The notes beneath the pieces are model-generated. The model saw nothing but the letters and a program-made list of their open reading frames with translations. It had not been told where the DNA came from and made no database searches. A stretch of DNA of 64,000 bases from Verrucomicrobiota bacterium (GTDB taxonomy: Bacteria > Verrucomicrobiota > Verrucomicrobiia > JAWXBN01 > JAWXCD01): the NCBI GenBank assembly GCA_034440535.1, contig JAWXCD010000130.1, positions 4,774 to 68,773 of the forward strand. The letters run 5' to 3'. Positions 53,419-63,539 of this stretch are shown piece after piece (position 1 is the first letter of the stretch; every line of letters starts with the position of its first letter). The translations under genes and the position numbers were made by a program.

Positions 53419-53800
53419 ATAAAGGATCTACAAGAAACATGATTTTTTGAATTTGCGCAAATCATTTCGCAATTATCTTTCAATATAGTTCACAATCTTC
53501 TCATCACTCACATGTGGAAACCGCAGAAAATAGTGATTCGATAGTTTTTCATTTCATGGGATGGAATGTTCCCTTTTAAGCGAATATCCGTGAACTGGCC
53601 GCCAACAAAATAATTTGATCGTGAGTTATTAAAGTGGTACTTTTTCCTATGGTATGGCAGTGAATACATGTTTTATATTTCCTCAACATTTGCGACGCGT
53701 TCGCTGAGGCTCTAAAAAAACGTCTGCCCCCACCTCGCTGATTTTCAAACAATCAGTTGCACGGTCGTCCATTTCGCCTTAATACATACCGTTTCTTATT

Positions 53801-55597
53801 ATGTCCGCCGAATTGACCCGAAATTTTTGTATTGTCGCCCACATTGACCACGGAAAGACAACTTTGTCTGATCGTCTCCTTCATAAAACTGGAACGATCC
53901 AAACCCGCGACATGCAAGAGCAACTTCTTGATTCCATGGACCTTGAAAGGGAGCGCGGCATAACAATCAAAGCTCACCCTGTCACCATGAAGTACAAGGC
54001 AAAGGACGGAAAAGAGTATCGGTTAAATTTGATCGACACCCCGGGGCATGTTGATTTTTCGTATGAAGTTTCCAGAAGCCTTGCGGCGTGTGAAGGAGTC
54101 TTACTTCTCGCTGATGCCGCGCAAGGGGTCGAAGCTCAAACAGTGGCCAACGCTCACTTGGCAATGAAACAGAAGCTTAAGATCATTCTGGTCATTAATA
54201 AAATAGACCTGCCAAATGCCAACATTCCCGCAGTCAAAGCGCAGATCGAAGATATTTTAGCTATTCCTGCTGAGGACGCCCTTCTGGCAAGTGCCAAGAA
54301 TGGAATCGGCGTTGACGAGATTCTTGAAGCGGTGATTCGTGATATACCCCCACCCCAAGATGCAGAACGCTTGGACCTGCGAGCCCTTGTGTTTGATTCG
54401 GTATTTGACTCTTACCGCGGCGGTGTCGTTTACGTGCGCGTTTTTTCGGGGCACATAAAGCCGGGCATGATGATTCAGCTCATGGCCGAGGAAAGGAAAT
54501 ACGAAGTTAAAGAAGTAGGCCTTTTTAATCCAAAAATGATTAAGACAGACATACTTCGCGCGGGTGATGTGGGGTACGTCATTCCCAACATCAAAACCGC
54601 TAAAGAAATTTTGATTGGGGACACCATTACCGACGCCATACGTCCGACGACCGATCCCCTGCCCGGGTTTCAGGTCATTCATCCTATGGTCTTTAGCGGG
54701 ATATACCCGATCAACACTGCGGAGTTCGAGCATTTAAAGGCCTCTCTCGAAAAACTTTCCCTTAATGACGCCTCATTCGCTTTCCAAACCGAAAGCTCCA
54801 TCGCTCTAGGCTTTGGGTTTCGATGTGGTTTTCTAGGTCTCCTTCACATGGAAGTCATCATGGAACGATTACGCCGAGAATATAATCTCGATATCATCGC
54901 GACTTATCCGAGCGTTATTTACAAGGTCGTCAAAACGAACTTCGAAGTGATGAATATCGATAATCCGGCTTTTCTACCAGATCCCTCCACGATCGAAGAA
55001 ATTCAGGAACCCTATGTCAGAGTGTTCCTTATGTGCCCAAATGATTACATTGGCGACATGATGAAACTCATCATGGAAAAGCGCGGTGAAGTTAAACAAA
55101 CCGATTCACTGGATCAGCGTCGCGTGATGCTCACATGCGAAATTCCGCTGAACGAAATCGTTGTGGATTTCAACGATAAAATCAAAAGTATCACGCGCGG
55201 ATACGGTTCAATGGATTACGAGCACATCGGGTACAAGACCGCGGACTTGGTGAAACTCGATATGTTGGTCAACGGCGACCCCATAGACGCTTTCTCGTGC
55301 ATCGTTCATAGGGACAAGGCTCCCAACCGCGGACGCAATTTGGCTGCCAAATTAAAGGAAGTCATTCCTCCACAATTGTTCAAAGTGGCAATTCAAGCGG
55401 CCATCGGTGGAAAAATTGTGGCTCGCGAAGACGTGAAGTCGGTCGGGAAAAACGTCACCGCAAAGTGTTATGGAGGGGACATCTCCAGAAAACGCAAACT
55501 TCTTGAAAAGCAAAAAGAAGGGAAAAAGCGGATGAAACAAATCGGCAAGGTTAATATCCCTCAAGAAGCTTTCATCGAAGTTCTTAAAAGCGAATAG
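53801..55597 (+). CDS. lepA: Translation elongation factor 4
   Basis: NFCIVAHIDHGKTTLSDRLL; full LepA domain set including the unique C-terminal domain; 598 aa. Confidence 0.97.
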   Translation: MSAELTRNFCIVAHIDHGKTTLSDRLLHKTGTIQTRDMQEQLLDSMDLERERGITIKAHPVTMKYKAKDGKEYRLNLIDTPGHVDFSYEVSRSLAACEGVLLLADAAQGVEAQTVANAHLAMKQKLKIILVINKIDLPNANIPAVKAQIEDILAIPAEDALLASAKNGIGVDEILEAVIRDIPPPQDAERLDLRALVFDSVFDSYRGGVVYVRVFSGHIKPGMMIQLMAEERKYEVKEVGLFNPKMIKTDILRAGDVGYVIPNIKTAKEILIGDTITDAIRPTTDPLPGFQVIHPMVFSGIYPINTAEFEHLKASLEKLSLNDASFAFQTESSIALGFGFRCGFLGLLHMEVIMERLRREYNLDIIATYPSVIYKVVKTNFEVMNIDNPAFLPDPSTIEEIQEPYVRVFLMCPNDYIGDMMKLIMEKRGEVKQTDSLDQRRVMLTCEIPLNEIVVDFNDKIKSITRGYGSMDYEHIGYKTADLVKLDMLVNGDPIDAFSCIVHRDKAPNRGRNLAAKLKEVIPPQLFKVAIQAAIGGKIVAREDVKSVGKNVTAKCYGGDISRKRKLLEKQKEGKKRMKQIGKVNIPQEAFIEVLKSE

Positions 55598-55601
55598 TGG
55601 C

Positions 55602-56786
55602 ATGAGCGACCAACCCACAAAACAAAAAAAGGCACTAGGGCGTAGTGACCTAAAGGAGCTGATTAAGCGGGGCGAACGTATTTTAACCTATGAAGCGGAC
55701 CGCCTTAAGCCTGCGGCCTCAGAAGCGTTAAAAGAAGAAATCGCAACCTCCAATGCCGCTCTTAAAACTAAGGATAAAGGGGTCATCTCCTCAAGAGCTT
55801 TGGCATTCGATGAATTCCTCAATAAAACGCATCCCCGCAAAAAGGATTACGGAATGCGCGATAACGTGGAGGTTTTTTTTGTAGCAATCGTTATCGCCAT
55901 GGCGATCAGGACTTTTTTCCTACAACCATTTCAAATCCCCACGGGTTCCATGCAACCCACTTTATATGGTGACGTCCGGGATGACGCCCAAAACAGCGGG
56001 GCGCAAAGCGTCGACCTCCTCCCACCAGAAAAAATCCCGGGCTTCGCGGCTCGGTTATGGGAACGACTGTTCGCGGGCAGGAATTATGTTCTTATCAAAT
56101 CAAAGACCGACGGGGCTTACGAGGGAGTCTCTCAACATAGCATTATCAATTTTGGTCCGTTAAACCTCCAGTATTGCATCATTGAGATTGGCGGAGAAAA
56201 ACATTACTTCTGGAATTCGGAACGTCATTTGAAAATGCTTTTTTCGCCCAAAGAAAAATATAAAAAAGACGAAATTGTCACGAGCGGCGTTCTTAAAAAG
56301 GGCGATTTCGTGTTCGTCGATAAAGTCACCTACAACTTCAGACACCCCAAACGGGGCGATGTCTTTGTGTTCTTAACCCACGGTATCACGGATATTGAAC
56401 ACTCACAGTTGGCGCGAGGTCAAATGGGTGCTGATTTTTATATCAAACGCTTGGTCGGCCTAGAAAACGACAGGCTCCAAATCCGCCCCCCCTTCCTTCA
56501 TGTCAATGGCGAAATCCTGAGTGCCAATGCAATGTTTGACCGGATCTATTCACTGAAAGACGGCTATAAGGGATACTCCAATAACGTCAACGCGGAGGGA
56601 GACCCTTCTATGAACAATCCTTCCGTCGAGTATGTTGTACCGGAAAAATCCTTTTTTGCTATGGGCGACAACTCCTTTCACAGTTGGGATTCACGCGGCT
56701 GGGGCGCTGTTCCGGAACAAAACGTCGTTGGAAAAGCTTTCGTCGTATTTTATCCTTTCAGCAAACGCCTTGGCCCGATTCACTAA
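55602..56786 (+). CDS. lepB: Signal peptidase I with an extended N-terminal cytoplasmic region
   Basis: IPTGSMQPTLYGD (catalytic Ser box), KRLVGLEND (Lys box) and GDNSFHSWDSRGWG box E. About 100 aa precede the TM helix. Confidence 0.85.
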   Translation: MSDQPTKQKKALGRSDLKELIKRGERILTYEADRLKPAASEALKEEIATSNAALKTKDKGVISSRALAFDEFLNKTHPRKKDYGMRDNVEVFFVAIVIAMAIRTFFLQPFQIPTGSMQPTLYGDVRDDAQNSGAQSVDLLPPEKIPGFAARLWERLFAGRNYVLIKSKTDGAYEGVSQHSIINFGPLNLQYCIIEIGGEKHYFWNSERHLKMLFSPKEKYKKDEIVTSGVLKKGDFVFVDKVTYNFRHPKRGDVFVFLTHGITDIEHSQLARGQMGADFYIKRLVGLENDRLQIRPPFLHVNGEILSANAMFDRIYSLKDGYKGYSNNVNAEGDPSMNNPSVEYVVPEKSFFAMGDNSFHSWDSRGWGAVPEQNVVGKAFVVFYPFSKRLGPIH

Positions 56787-56787
56787 C

Positions 56788-58002
56788 ATGCAAGCGGCGG
56801 TGATCAATACGGGGACGGAATTACTCCTCGGCAAGGTGGTTAATTCACACCTAGCTTTCTTGGGTCATCATTTATTTCCGCTTGGCATTCGTATTACTTG
56901 GCAAGCCACTGTCCCAGACGGCGAATCAATTTACACTGCGCTTGAATCGGTAATGGGGAAATATCCAATCGTGATCATTACAGGCGGACTTGGTCCGACA
57001 AGTGATGATGTGACTCGGGACATGATTGCAAAGGTCACGGGAAACCCTCTGAAACTCGATCCCGACGCTGAAAAATCATTGAGGGTTTGGTTCATGAAGC
57101 GATCCATCCCCATGGACCCATCCAACCTCGTTCAATCCTTAGTTCCCGAGGGAGGCCGAATCATTCCTAACCCCAACGGCACTGCCCCCGGGATTTATCT
57201 CCAGCATAAGGACACTCACTTTTTTCTACTCCCCGGGCCACCCCGCGAATTGTGTCCGATGTTTCAGGATGCCCTAAAACCGTTACTGTTAAAAATATTT
57301 CCGAATCTTGTAGAACCCCTGTCACGTAGTTTCCGGATGACGGGCATTGGCGAATCGGCGGCTGCATCAACAATTCAAAGTAATCTAAACCAGTTTCCTT
57401 CAGTCGAGGTCGGATACTGCATTAAACCTGGAGATTTGGAGATTCGATTATTATCGTCCGATTCCACGGCTCTGGAATCAGCTTCACAGGTTGTGGAAAG
57501 AAAACTCCGCTCTTTTATTTTTTCTGCCCAAGGAAAGAGCATGGAGCAAACGGTCGTCGATCTTTTGATAACCAGCGGTAAGACCTGTTCGATTGCGGAG
57601 TCCTGCACGGGTGGGCTTATTGGGCATCGCATAACCAATGTTCCCGGATCTTCAGCCGTTTTTAAGGGGGGCGTGATCGCTTATCATAATAGTGTGAAGT
57701 CCAACCATCTGGGTGTCCCTGACTCGACCCTCGAAAAAAAGGGAGCGGTCAGTGCTGAAACCGCCGTGGCAATGGCGGAAGGTGTGCGCACAAATTTAGA
57801 CGCAGATTATGGGGTTGCAGTCACAGGCATCGCTGGCCCGGCGTCCGACGACACTCAAAAATCTGTGGGGCTCGTTTTTGTGGCTGTCGCTGGTTCTGGT
57901 AAAACAGTTGTTGAAGAAAAGAATTTTAAAACCGACCGCGAAACCTTCAAAATACTCGCATCCCAAGCCGCGCTTGATTTGCTGAGACGGACGCTAGGTT
58001 AA
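56788..58002 (+). CDS. cinA: CinA-family competence/damage-inducible protein (NMN amidohydrolase PncC-type C-terminal domain)
   Basis: MQAAVINTGTELLLGKVVNSHLAFLG MoCF-type N-terminus and C-terminal CinA domain (SIAESCTGGLIGHRIT). Start is at the ATG 2 bp after the lepB stop, within track ORF 56632..58002. Confidence 0.85.
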   Translation: MQAAVINTGTELLLGKVVNSHLAFLGHHLFPLGIRITWQATVPDGESIYTALESVMGKYPIVIITGGLGPTSDDVTRDMIAKVTGNPLKLDPDAEKSLRVWFMKRSIPMDPSNLVQSLVPEGGRIIPNPNGTAPGIYLQHKDTHFFLLPGPPRELCPMFQDALKPLLLKIFPNLVEPLSRSFRMTGIGESAAASTIQSNLNQFPSVEVGYCIKPGDLEIRLLSSDSTALESASQVVERKLRSFIFSAQGKSMEQTVVDLLITSGKTCSIAESCTGGLIGHRITNVPGSSAVFKGGVIAYHNSVKSNHLGVPDSTLEKKGAVSAETAVAMAEGVRTNLDADYGVAVTGIAGPASDDTQKSVGLVFVAVAGSGKTVVEEKNFKTDRETFKILASQAALDLLRRTLG

Positions 58003-58084
58003 ACCAAGCACACTCCTCAGACTGACGGACAACGCGGCTTGTTGTTGCTGATCCCAGCTTGGAGGAAGGCGGAATACGCCCTCA

Positions 58085-59038
58085 TCATGATGACAAGCTA
58101 TGCCTCTGTTTATTTCTAAAGGCCGCAGGCGTGGTTCCGGTGTGTACACGAAAAACACGGGAGAAATAGTGACGGTTGGGAAACCCCAGCGTTTCGGCTA
58201 TCCCTTCCATCGATTGATTCGTAAAAGCCAACAACCGACACGCCTGACTGATTCTCGTTTTCCGAATGTACTGCGCAGGAGTGAAATCCAAGTGTTTCCG
58301 GAACAGCCTAATGAATCCCTCCACACTCAATCCCATCCTGCGGGCTAACTCCTGGTTCGTGAAAGGGAGGGCGGGGTTTTGTTGAATATGATCAATCACA
58401 GCGATCAACCGTGACGGTATCTGGTCTTGAGGCGTTAATTGAAAGCAGGAAAAGAACGTATGCAGAATTGCAAAACTCCGATGATAAATCACGCGCCTGT
58501 TTTCTGGTGAATCACCTTGAGCATAAAGATTGGCTAGATGATTAAAGCTTTGAGCGAAGGCGGCATCGGTTTTTACGACCACCGGTTCATGAAGACTAAA
58601 CCGATAATCGGGCAGCACCGAAAAATGAAACCAGAAATGGGGAATTCCTTTAACTCCATGACAGTTGAAATTAAGTCCTGCAGGGATCCCAACCAGCGTC
58701 CCCGGCCCAAGCTTAAACACCTTCCCGTTCCATTCCACAGACCAGCCCGGTTTTGGATTAAAATAAACGCGCCATAAAGAGGCGTACACATCCTTAAAAT
58801 CCCAAGGACAACCTTCCGGAAGATATCCGCACTCTTCCATCCGCAGAAACGGCACGCTTTTTTCCTCCATCCCACCGGTATGAATACCATAAGGCGTTCG
58901 ATGCCCTTTCTCGCGTACCCTCATTAAATCGCCGTGAAACATACTCCCGATATAAAGGAAAAAAATAAATGCAGAATTAAAAAAAAAGACTTGAACACAC
59001 GTTCTCGGGAGGGGGCTACTCCCGCCTGTCCCGCTCAA
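58085..59038 (-). CDS. AraC-family transcriptional regulator
   Basis: C-terminal LARRMGLSVEGFIRLFRKHLDFTPAQYIRKTRISQACRLLAFTNQSMEGIAETLGFPNRHYFSRVFRVHTGTTP dual HTH. The N-terminal extent is uncertain. Confidence 0.75.
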   Translation of the reverse strand: MSGTGGSSPLPRTCVQVFFFNSAFIFFLYIGSMFHGDLMRVREKGHRTPYGIHTGGMEEKSVPFLRMEECGYLPEGCPWDFKDVYASLWRVYFNPKPGWSVEWNGKVFKLGPGTLVGIPAGLNFNCHGVKGIPHFWFHFSVLPDYRFSLHEPVVVKTDAAFAQSFNHLANLYAQGDSPENRRVIYHRSFAILHTFFSCFQLTPQDQIPSRLIAVIDHIQQNPALPFTNQELARRMGLSVEGFIRLFRKHLDFTPAQYIRKTRISQACRLLAFTNQSMEGIAETLGFPNRHYFSRVFRVHTGTTPAAFRNKQRHSLSS

Positions 59039-59196
59039 TTCTACAGACCCTCCCCACCCCGAAAGCCATGGAAAACGAACAAATGGGCCTTCCTAGGCTA
59101 ACCTATCTCTTGCAAGGACTTATTGACACACTGGGTCGGTTTGCTAATTTTCGACCCTCATTTTAACCCAATTCAACTAAGGAAACCATCATTCCC

Positions 59197-62001
59197 ATGA
59201 GTAAAAAGATTACTAAATCGTCATCTGCCAAATCTGGCAAATTCCCCAAGGCGTCCGGTGCGAAAGCCTCCAAACTTGTCTATTCATTCGGTGGCGGCAA
59301 GGCCGATGGAGATGGTTCCCAGAAATCTCTTCTAGGTGGCAAGGGCGCAAACCTCGCTGAAATGACACGCATTGATCTTCCAGTGCCTCCAGGGTTTACG
59401 ATTACAACAGACGTGTGCACCTATTATTACGACAATAAACGCACGTACCAAAAAGAACTTCAGGGTCAGATTGAAACAGCCGTCGCAAGGATGGAAAAGC
59501 TGCTGAACAAAGGGTTTGGCGACAAAAACAAACCTCTCCTTGTAGCCGTTCGTTCCGGGGCTCGCGATTCTATGCCCGGTATGATGGATACTATTTTGAA
59601 CCTTGGGCTCAATGATGAAACTGTTGTCGCGCTCGCAAAATTGAGCAACAACGAACGTTTTGCTTACGATTGTTACCGTCGTTTTATTCAGATGTACGGA
59701 GACGTTGTTCTCGGCGTGCAAAAGGCTCAGGGCGAAGACCACGAACCGTTCGAAACTGTTATCGAAGAACTTAAGAGCGAACTTTTCCCTGGCGAAGAAC
59801 ATGTCGAAGACACGCGCTTGGATGCCAAAGGCCAAAAGGAACTGGTCAGACGTTTTAAAAAGTTGATCAAAGATCGCACTGGCAAAGAATTTCCGCACAA
59901 CCCATGGGAACAACTAAAAGGCGCCGTCGGGGCGGTCTTTGGTTCATGGATGAATGATCGGGCCATGGTTTATCGTCGCAAGTACAATATCCCGCACGAA
60001 TGGGGCACGGCGGTCAACATTCAGGCTATGGTGTTTGGTAATACGGGTGACAACTCCGGTTCGGGCGTTGCGTTTACTCGCGATCCTGCTTCTGGCGAAA
60101 AAGTTTTCTACGGCGAATTTCTTATCAATGCTCAAGGTGAAGACGTGGTCGCGGGTGTGCGCACCCCTGAGCCTGTTGCGAAACTTCAGGCGATTATGCC
60201 TGGACCTTTCAAGGCCCTTGATCGTGTTCGCGGTATTCTTGAAAAACATTTCAAAGATATGCAAGACTTCGAGTTCACTATCGAAGAAGGCAAGTTGTTC
60301 ATGCTCCAAACCCGCAACGGAAAACGCACTGGCCTTGCTGCCATTCGTATTGCCGTAGAAATGGTGAAAGAGAAATTGATCGTTCCTGAGACAGCGGTAG
60401 AACGCGTTCCTGCGGATTCCCTCGCCCATGTCCTCGCGCCGATTTTTGACTTAAAAGCCATTAAAGATGGTTTATTCCTGACCAAAGGTCTGCCTGCGGG
60501 TCCTGGGGCGGCTTCAGGAAAAATTTACCTGAACGCTGATAGAGCTGAAGAAGCTGCGGCTAGGGGCGAAAAAGTCCTCCTCGTGCGTATCGAAACTTCA
60601 CCTGAAGATTTACGCGGAATGATCGCTGCGGAAGGTATTCTTACCGCCCGCGGTGGGGTCAGTTCACACGCGGCACTTGTGGCCCGTCAAATGGGTAAGG
60701 TCTGTGTTTGCGGTGCGGGCGATCTTATCGTCAACTACGAACAAAAGACGGTCACGGTCAAAGGTAACACGTATAAAGAAGGAAAAGATTTCCTCTCGAT
60801 TGACGGAACCAGCGGCGAAGTGTACGCGGGTCAGATCAAAACCGCTCCTTCAGAAGTGGTTCAAGTCCTCATCGCCAAAACTCTCGACGGGAAGAAAAGC
60901 TACACTTACCAGTGCTTCGATCAGTTAATGAAGTGGTCGGATAAATTCCGCCGCCTCCAAATCCGCGCTAATGCAGATCAGCCTGATCAAACACTCAACG
61001 CGATTGCTTTTGGTGGCCAAGGTATTGGTTTGTGCCGTACAGAACATATGTTCTTCGAAGGTGACCGTATCGACGCAGTGCGTGAAATGATTATCGCCGA
61101 AACAAAAGAAGATCGTGCGAAAGCCATTGCCAAATTGCTCCCCTTCCAAAAGGGCGACTTCATCGGATTGTTCAAAGCTCTCAAGGGCTTACCTGCAACC
61201 ATTCGTTTCCTCGATCCTCCTTTGCATGAGTTCCTTCCACATGAAGAACATCAAATGCGCGATCTGGCCGAGTCCCTCGGGGTGAGTGCTGAAAAAGTTC
61301 ACGCTCGTGTGTCTTCACTTCATGAGTCAAACCCGATGCTCGGTCATCGTGGTTGCCGCTTAGGGATCGTTTACCCTGAGCTCTCAGAAATGCAGGCTCG
61401 TGCTGTGTTTGAAGCTGCTGCTGAAGTTCAGAAAATGGGGATCAAAGTAAAACCTGAAATTATGATTCCCCTCGTTGGATTCCCAAAAGAACTCAAACTT
61501 CAATTGGAAATTGTGCATAGCGTCGCTAAAAAAGTAGCTGCAGAGAAAAAGGTTAAGTTTGATTACCTTGTGGGAACGATGATTGAAATTCCCCGCGCAG
61601 CTCTTGTCGCCGACGATATTGCGAAGGACGCCCAGTTCTTCAGCTTTGGCACAAACGACTTAACCCAGACAGCGCTCGGCATGAGTCGCGATGATTCCGG
61701 TTCGTTCCTGCCTTATTACCAAGAAGTCGAAATCGTGAAAAATAATCCATTCGCGAGCATTGACCAGCAGGGCGTCGGCAAGCTCATGAAGCTCGCCATA
61801 GAAGGCGGACGCGCCACACGCCCCGAAATCAAATTGGGCATTTGTGGTGAACACGGTGGCGATCCTTCGTCGATCAAATTCTGTCATGATATTGGTCTGA
61901 CCTACGTGAGTTGCTCACCGTTCCGCGTCCCTGTAGCGCGCCTCGCAGCCGCCCAAGCCGCACTGGCAGAAAAAGCGGCCGCAAAAACTAAAAAGAAATA
62001 G
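59197..62001 (+). CDS. ppdK: Pyruvate, phosphate dikinase
   Basis: 934 aa. Phospho-His region [15 protein letters not shown]; PEP-utilizing-enzyme C-terminal TIM barrel ([10 protein letters not shown]); ATP-grasp N-terminus. Confidence 0.97.
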   Translation: MSKKITKSSSAKSGKFPKASGAKASKLVYSFGGGKADGDGSQKSLLGGKGANLAEMTRIDLPVPPGFTITTDVCTYYYDNKRTYQKELQGQIETAVARMEKLLNKGFGDKNKPLLVAVRSGARDSMPGMMDTILNLGLNDETVVALAKLSNNERFAYDCYRRFIQMYGDVVLGVQKAQGEDHEPFETVIEELKSELFPGEEHVEDTRLDAKGQKELVRRFKKLIKDRTGKEFPHNPWEQLKGAVGAVFGSWMNDRAMVYRRKYNIPHEWGTAVNIQAMVFGNTGDNSGSGVAFTRDPASGEKVFYGEFLINAQGEDVVAGVRTPEPVAKLQAIMPGPFKALDRVRGILEKHFKDMQDFEFTIEEGKLFMLQTRNGKRTGLAAIRIAVEMVKEKLIVPETAVERVPADSLAHVLAPIFDLKAIKDGLFLTKGLPAGPGAASGKIYLNADRAEEAAARGEKVLLVRIETSPEDLRGMIAAEGILTARGGVSSHAALVARQMGKVCVCGAGDLIVNYEQKTVTVKGNTYKEGKDFLSIDGTSGEVYAGQIKTAPSEVVQVLIAKTLDGKKSYTYQCFDQLMKWSDKFRRLQIRANADQPDQTLNAIAFGGQGIGLCRTEHMFFEGDRIDAVREMIIAETKEDRAKAIAKLLPFQKGDFIGLFKALKGLPATIRFLDPPLHEFLPHEEHQMRDLAESLGVSAEKVHARVSSLHESNPMLGHRGCRLGIVYPELSEMQARAVFEAAAEVQKMGIKVKPEIMIPLVGFPKELKLQLEIVHSVAKKVAAEKKVKFDYLVGTMIEIPRAALVADDIAKDAQFFSFGTNDLTQTALGMSRDDSGSFLPYYQEVEIVKNNPFASIDQQGVGKLMKLAIEGGRATRPEIKLGICGEHGGDPSSIKFCHDIGLTYVSCSPFRVPVARLAAAQAALAEKAAAKTKKK

Positions 62002-62033
62002 ACCCGCTCAACTCATTCAAGAGTTTAAATAAC

Positions 62034-62063
62034 AAAACCCCGCGAAATCGCGGGGTTTTTTAT
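62034..62063 (+). terminator. Rho-independent terminator (aaaaccccgcg-aaat-cgcggggtttttta) 3' of ppdK
   Basis: Perfect 9-bp GC-rich stem plus T-run, 33 bp after the ppdK stop. Confidence 0.7.
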
Positions 62064-62207
62064 TGCCATCATCCCATCTGATGACAGTCCTTAAGTTGTT
62101 TGATTCTAAAACGCCCTTCGTTCCCTTCCCCTCAATCTAGGGTCATCCATTCCCTCACCCCTTCGCGCCCTCGCGTGAAATCTTCCTTCTTCCTTCAACC
62201 CTTCCCC

Positions 62208-62522
62208 TCAGTGCCCAGCAATGACCGCAAGGAACAAGTAGAAAAACACCGGCGATACTAAATCTAGGAAGGCAAGCAGAACCGCGATGATTACGGCAGG
62301 CTGCCGAAGTGAGACGACGCCCGTCCACCTTAATCGAAATATTATAATGAATACGCCGAGACCAATTGCAGGCGAAATCCACAAACAGGCCTCATAAAAA
62401 TCTTTGAACAACTGCGCCTTAGGCAGATGATAAACCATTGGAATGAGCAAGAACGGTGGCAACACCAACGCCGCTGCCGCAGCCACTATCAGACTAAATG
62501 AGGACGGTTTCATCATAAGCAC
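62208..62522 (-). CDS. Small integral membrane protein (hypothetical), in a GC-rich islet
   Basis: 104 aa with three hydrophobic helices. Local GC is clearly higher than the window average. Confidence 0.4.
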   Translation of the reverse strand: MLMMKPSSFSLIVAAAAALVLPPFLLIPMVYHLPKAQLFKDFYEACLWISPAIGLGVFIIIFRLRWTGVVSLRQPAVIIAVLLAFLDLVSPVFFYLFLAVIAGH

Positions 62523-62589
62523 CTGATTTCAGTCTTACGAATCTTGACCTGAACAGCGATACCCGCGGAGCGGAGGTTCACTCGCATCT

Positions 62590-63180
62590 TCACACCAAGC
62601 GCCGCAGCACGCGCACCCGCTCGCGACCCTCGCGTCCGGGAAAGGCCATGTCTGGCACGTAATCCTCCATGATTTCGTAGTTGTCCGCGAAGAGCGCCGT
62701 CAATGCTGCCTCACTGAAAGGAAACGGCGGCCCCTCCTCACCCGGGTCAAGTGCCGGGTTGATGAACCACACGCCAATCAGCAGTCCCCCGCGCCGTAGC
62801 GTCAGGTCAATGCCCCGTCGATAGTCGGTCCGCATTATTGGAGGCAACCCACTCATGCAGGTATGCTCCAGCACCACATCAAAGACGCCGCGCATCTCTG
62901 CCGGCGGATCAAACAAATCTCCCGTCACGAAATGCTCTGCAAACTGCGGATACAGCACACGCGCCTCTGCCACGCCAGTCGGCGCGATGTCCAGGCCCGT
63001 CGCATCCAACCCGTGCTCCATCGCCAACGCCACCTCATGCCCGCGGCCGCAGCCAGGCACCAGCACACGCCCGCGCACCACGTTCCGTTCCAAATACTGC
63101 TTCATCGCCGGCGCAGGCGCGCCCTTATCCCAATACACCTCGCCTCTTTGGTAATGCTCGTCCCAATTCATATCACTCAT
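62590..63180 (-). CDS. Class I SAM-dependent methyltransferase (TPMT/TehB-like)
   Basis: VLVPGCGRGHEVALAMEHGLDATGLDIAPTGV motif I (GxGxG) and downstream acidic motif II. GC-rich codon usage differs from neighbouring genes. Confidence 0.75.
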   Translation of the reverse strand: MSDMNWDEHYQRGEVYWDKGAPAPAMKQYLERNVVRGRVLVPGCGRGHEVALAMEHGLDATGLDIAPTGVAEARVLYPQFAEHFVTGDLFDPPAEMRGVFDVVLEHTCMSGLPPIMRTDYRRGIDLTLRRGGLLIGVWFINPALDPGEEGPPFPFSEAALTALFADNYEIMEDYVPDMAFPGREGRERVRVLRRLV

Positions 63181-63239
63181 TCAATTATCCACCAGAGCGA
63201 TGTCAATCCCAAGGTGTTCCATCTCCAGGGCAAACGCAT

Positions 63240-63539
63240 TTAAATTCCTTTATTTTTGGGCTTTTGATGTTCATTTTTCAATTTTTTACGTGTCTGGAGA
63301 ATAATCAATGAAGCGTATTGCTCTGAGAGCTTAATGTACTGACGGTACCCCTTGAGGGCTTTTTTGATTTCCGGGGCCTCATCTTTTGAGACATAGCGGG
63401 AAACATTCCGTCCGTTTTCCCAGTATTGGAGGTTGTAATAACGTCCCCGGATCAGGGAGAGGGTTCCTTTTTCCATTTCCTGAATCTGGAACATTTTATC
63501 CAGTAAAAAATTGCATTTTTTGAGTGACTTCATGCCCAT
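63240..63539 (-). CDS. Hypothetical protein (99 aa) divergent from the IS transposase
   Basis: Lys-rich basic protein with no recognised domain. Confidence 0.35.
   Translation of the reverse strand: MGMKSLKKCNFLLDKMFQIQEMEKGTLSLIRGRYYNLQYWENGRNVSRYVSKDEAPEIKKALKGYRQYIKLSEQYASLIILQTRKKLKNEHQKPKNKGI

Noticed and set aside
53298-53483. 61-aa ORF on the minus strand
   Set aside because: It overlaps the initiator tRNA-Met gene and its terminator, so it is a spurious translation of structured-RNA sequence.
56632-56787. Upstream extension of the cinA ORF (track start 56632) overlapping lepB
   Set aside because: The extension overlaps lepB in another frame. The conserved CinA N-terminus begins at the ATG at 56788 (MQAAVINTGTELLLGK), 2 bp after the lepB stop.
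59332-60485. Several 60–190-aa antisense ORFs inside ppdK (59332..59913, 59944..60429 and others)
   Set aside because: They lie entirely within the strongly supported ppdK reading frame on the opposite strand. No independent signals were found.
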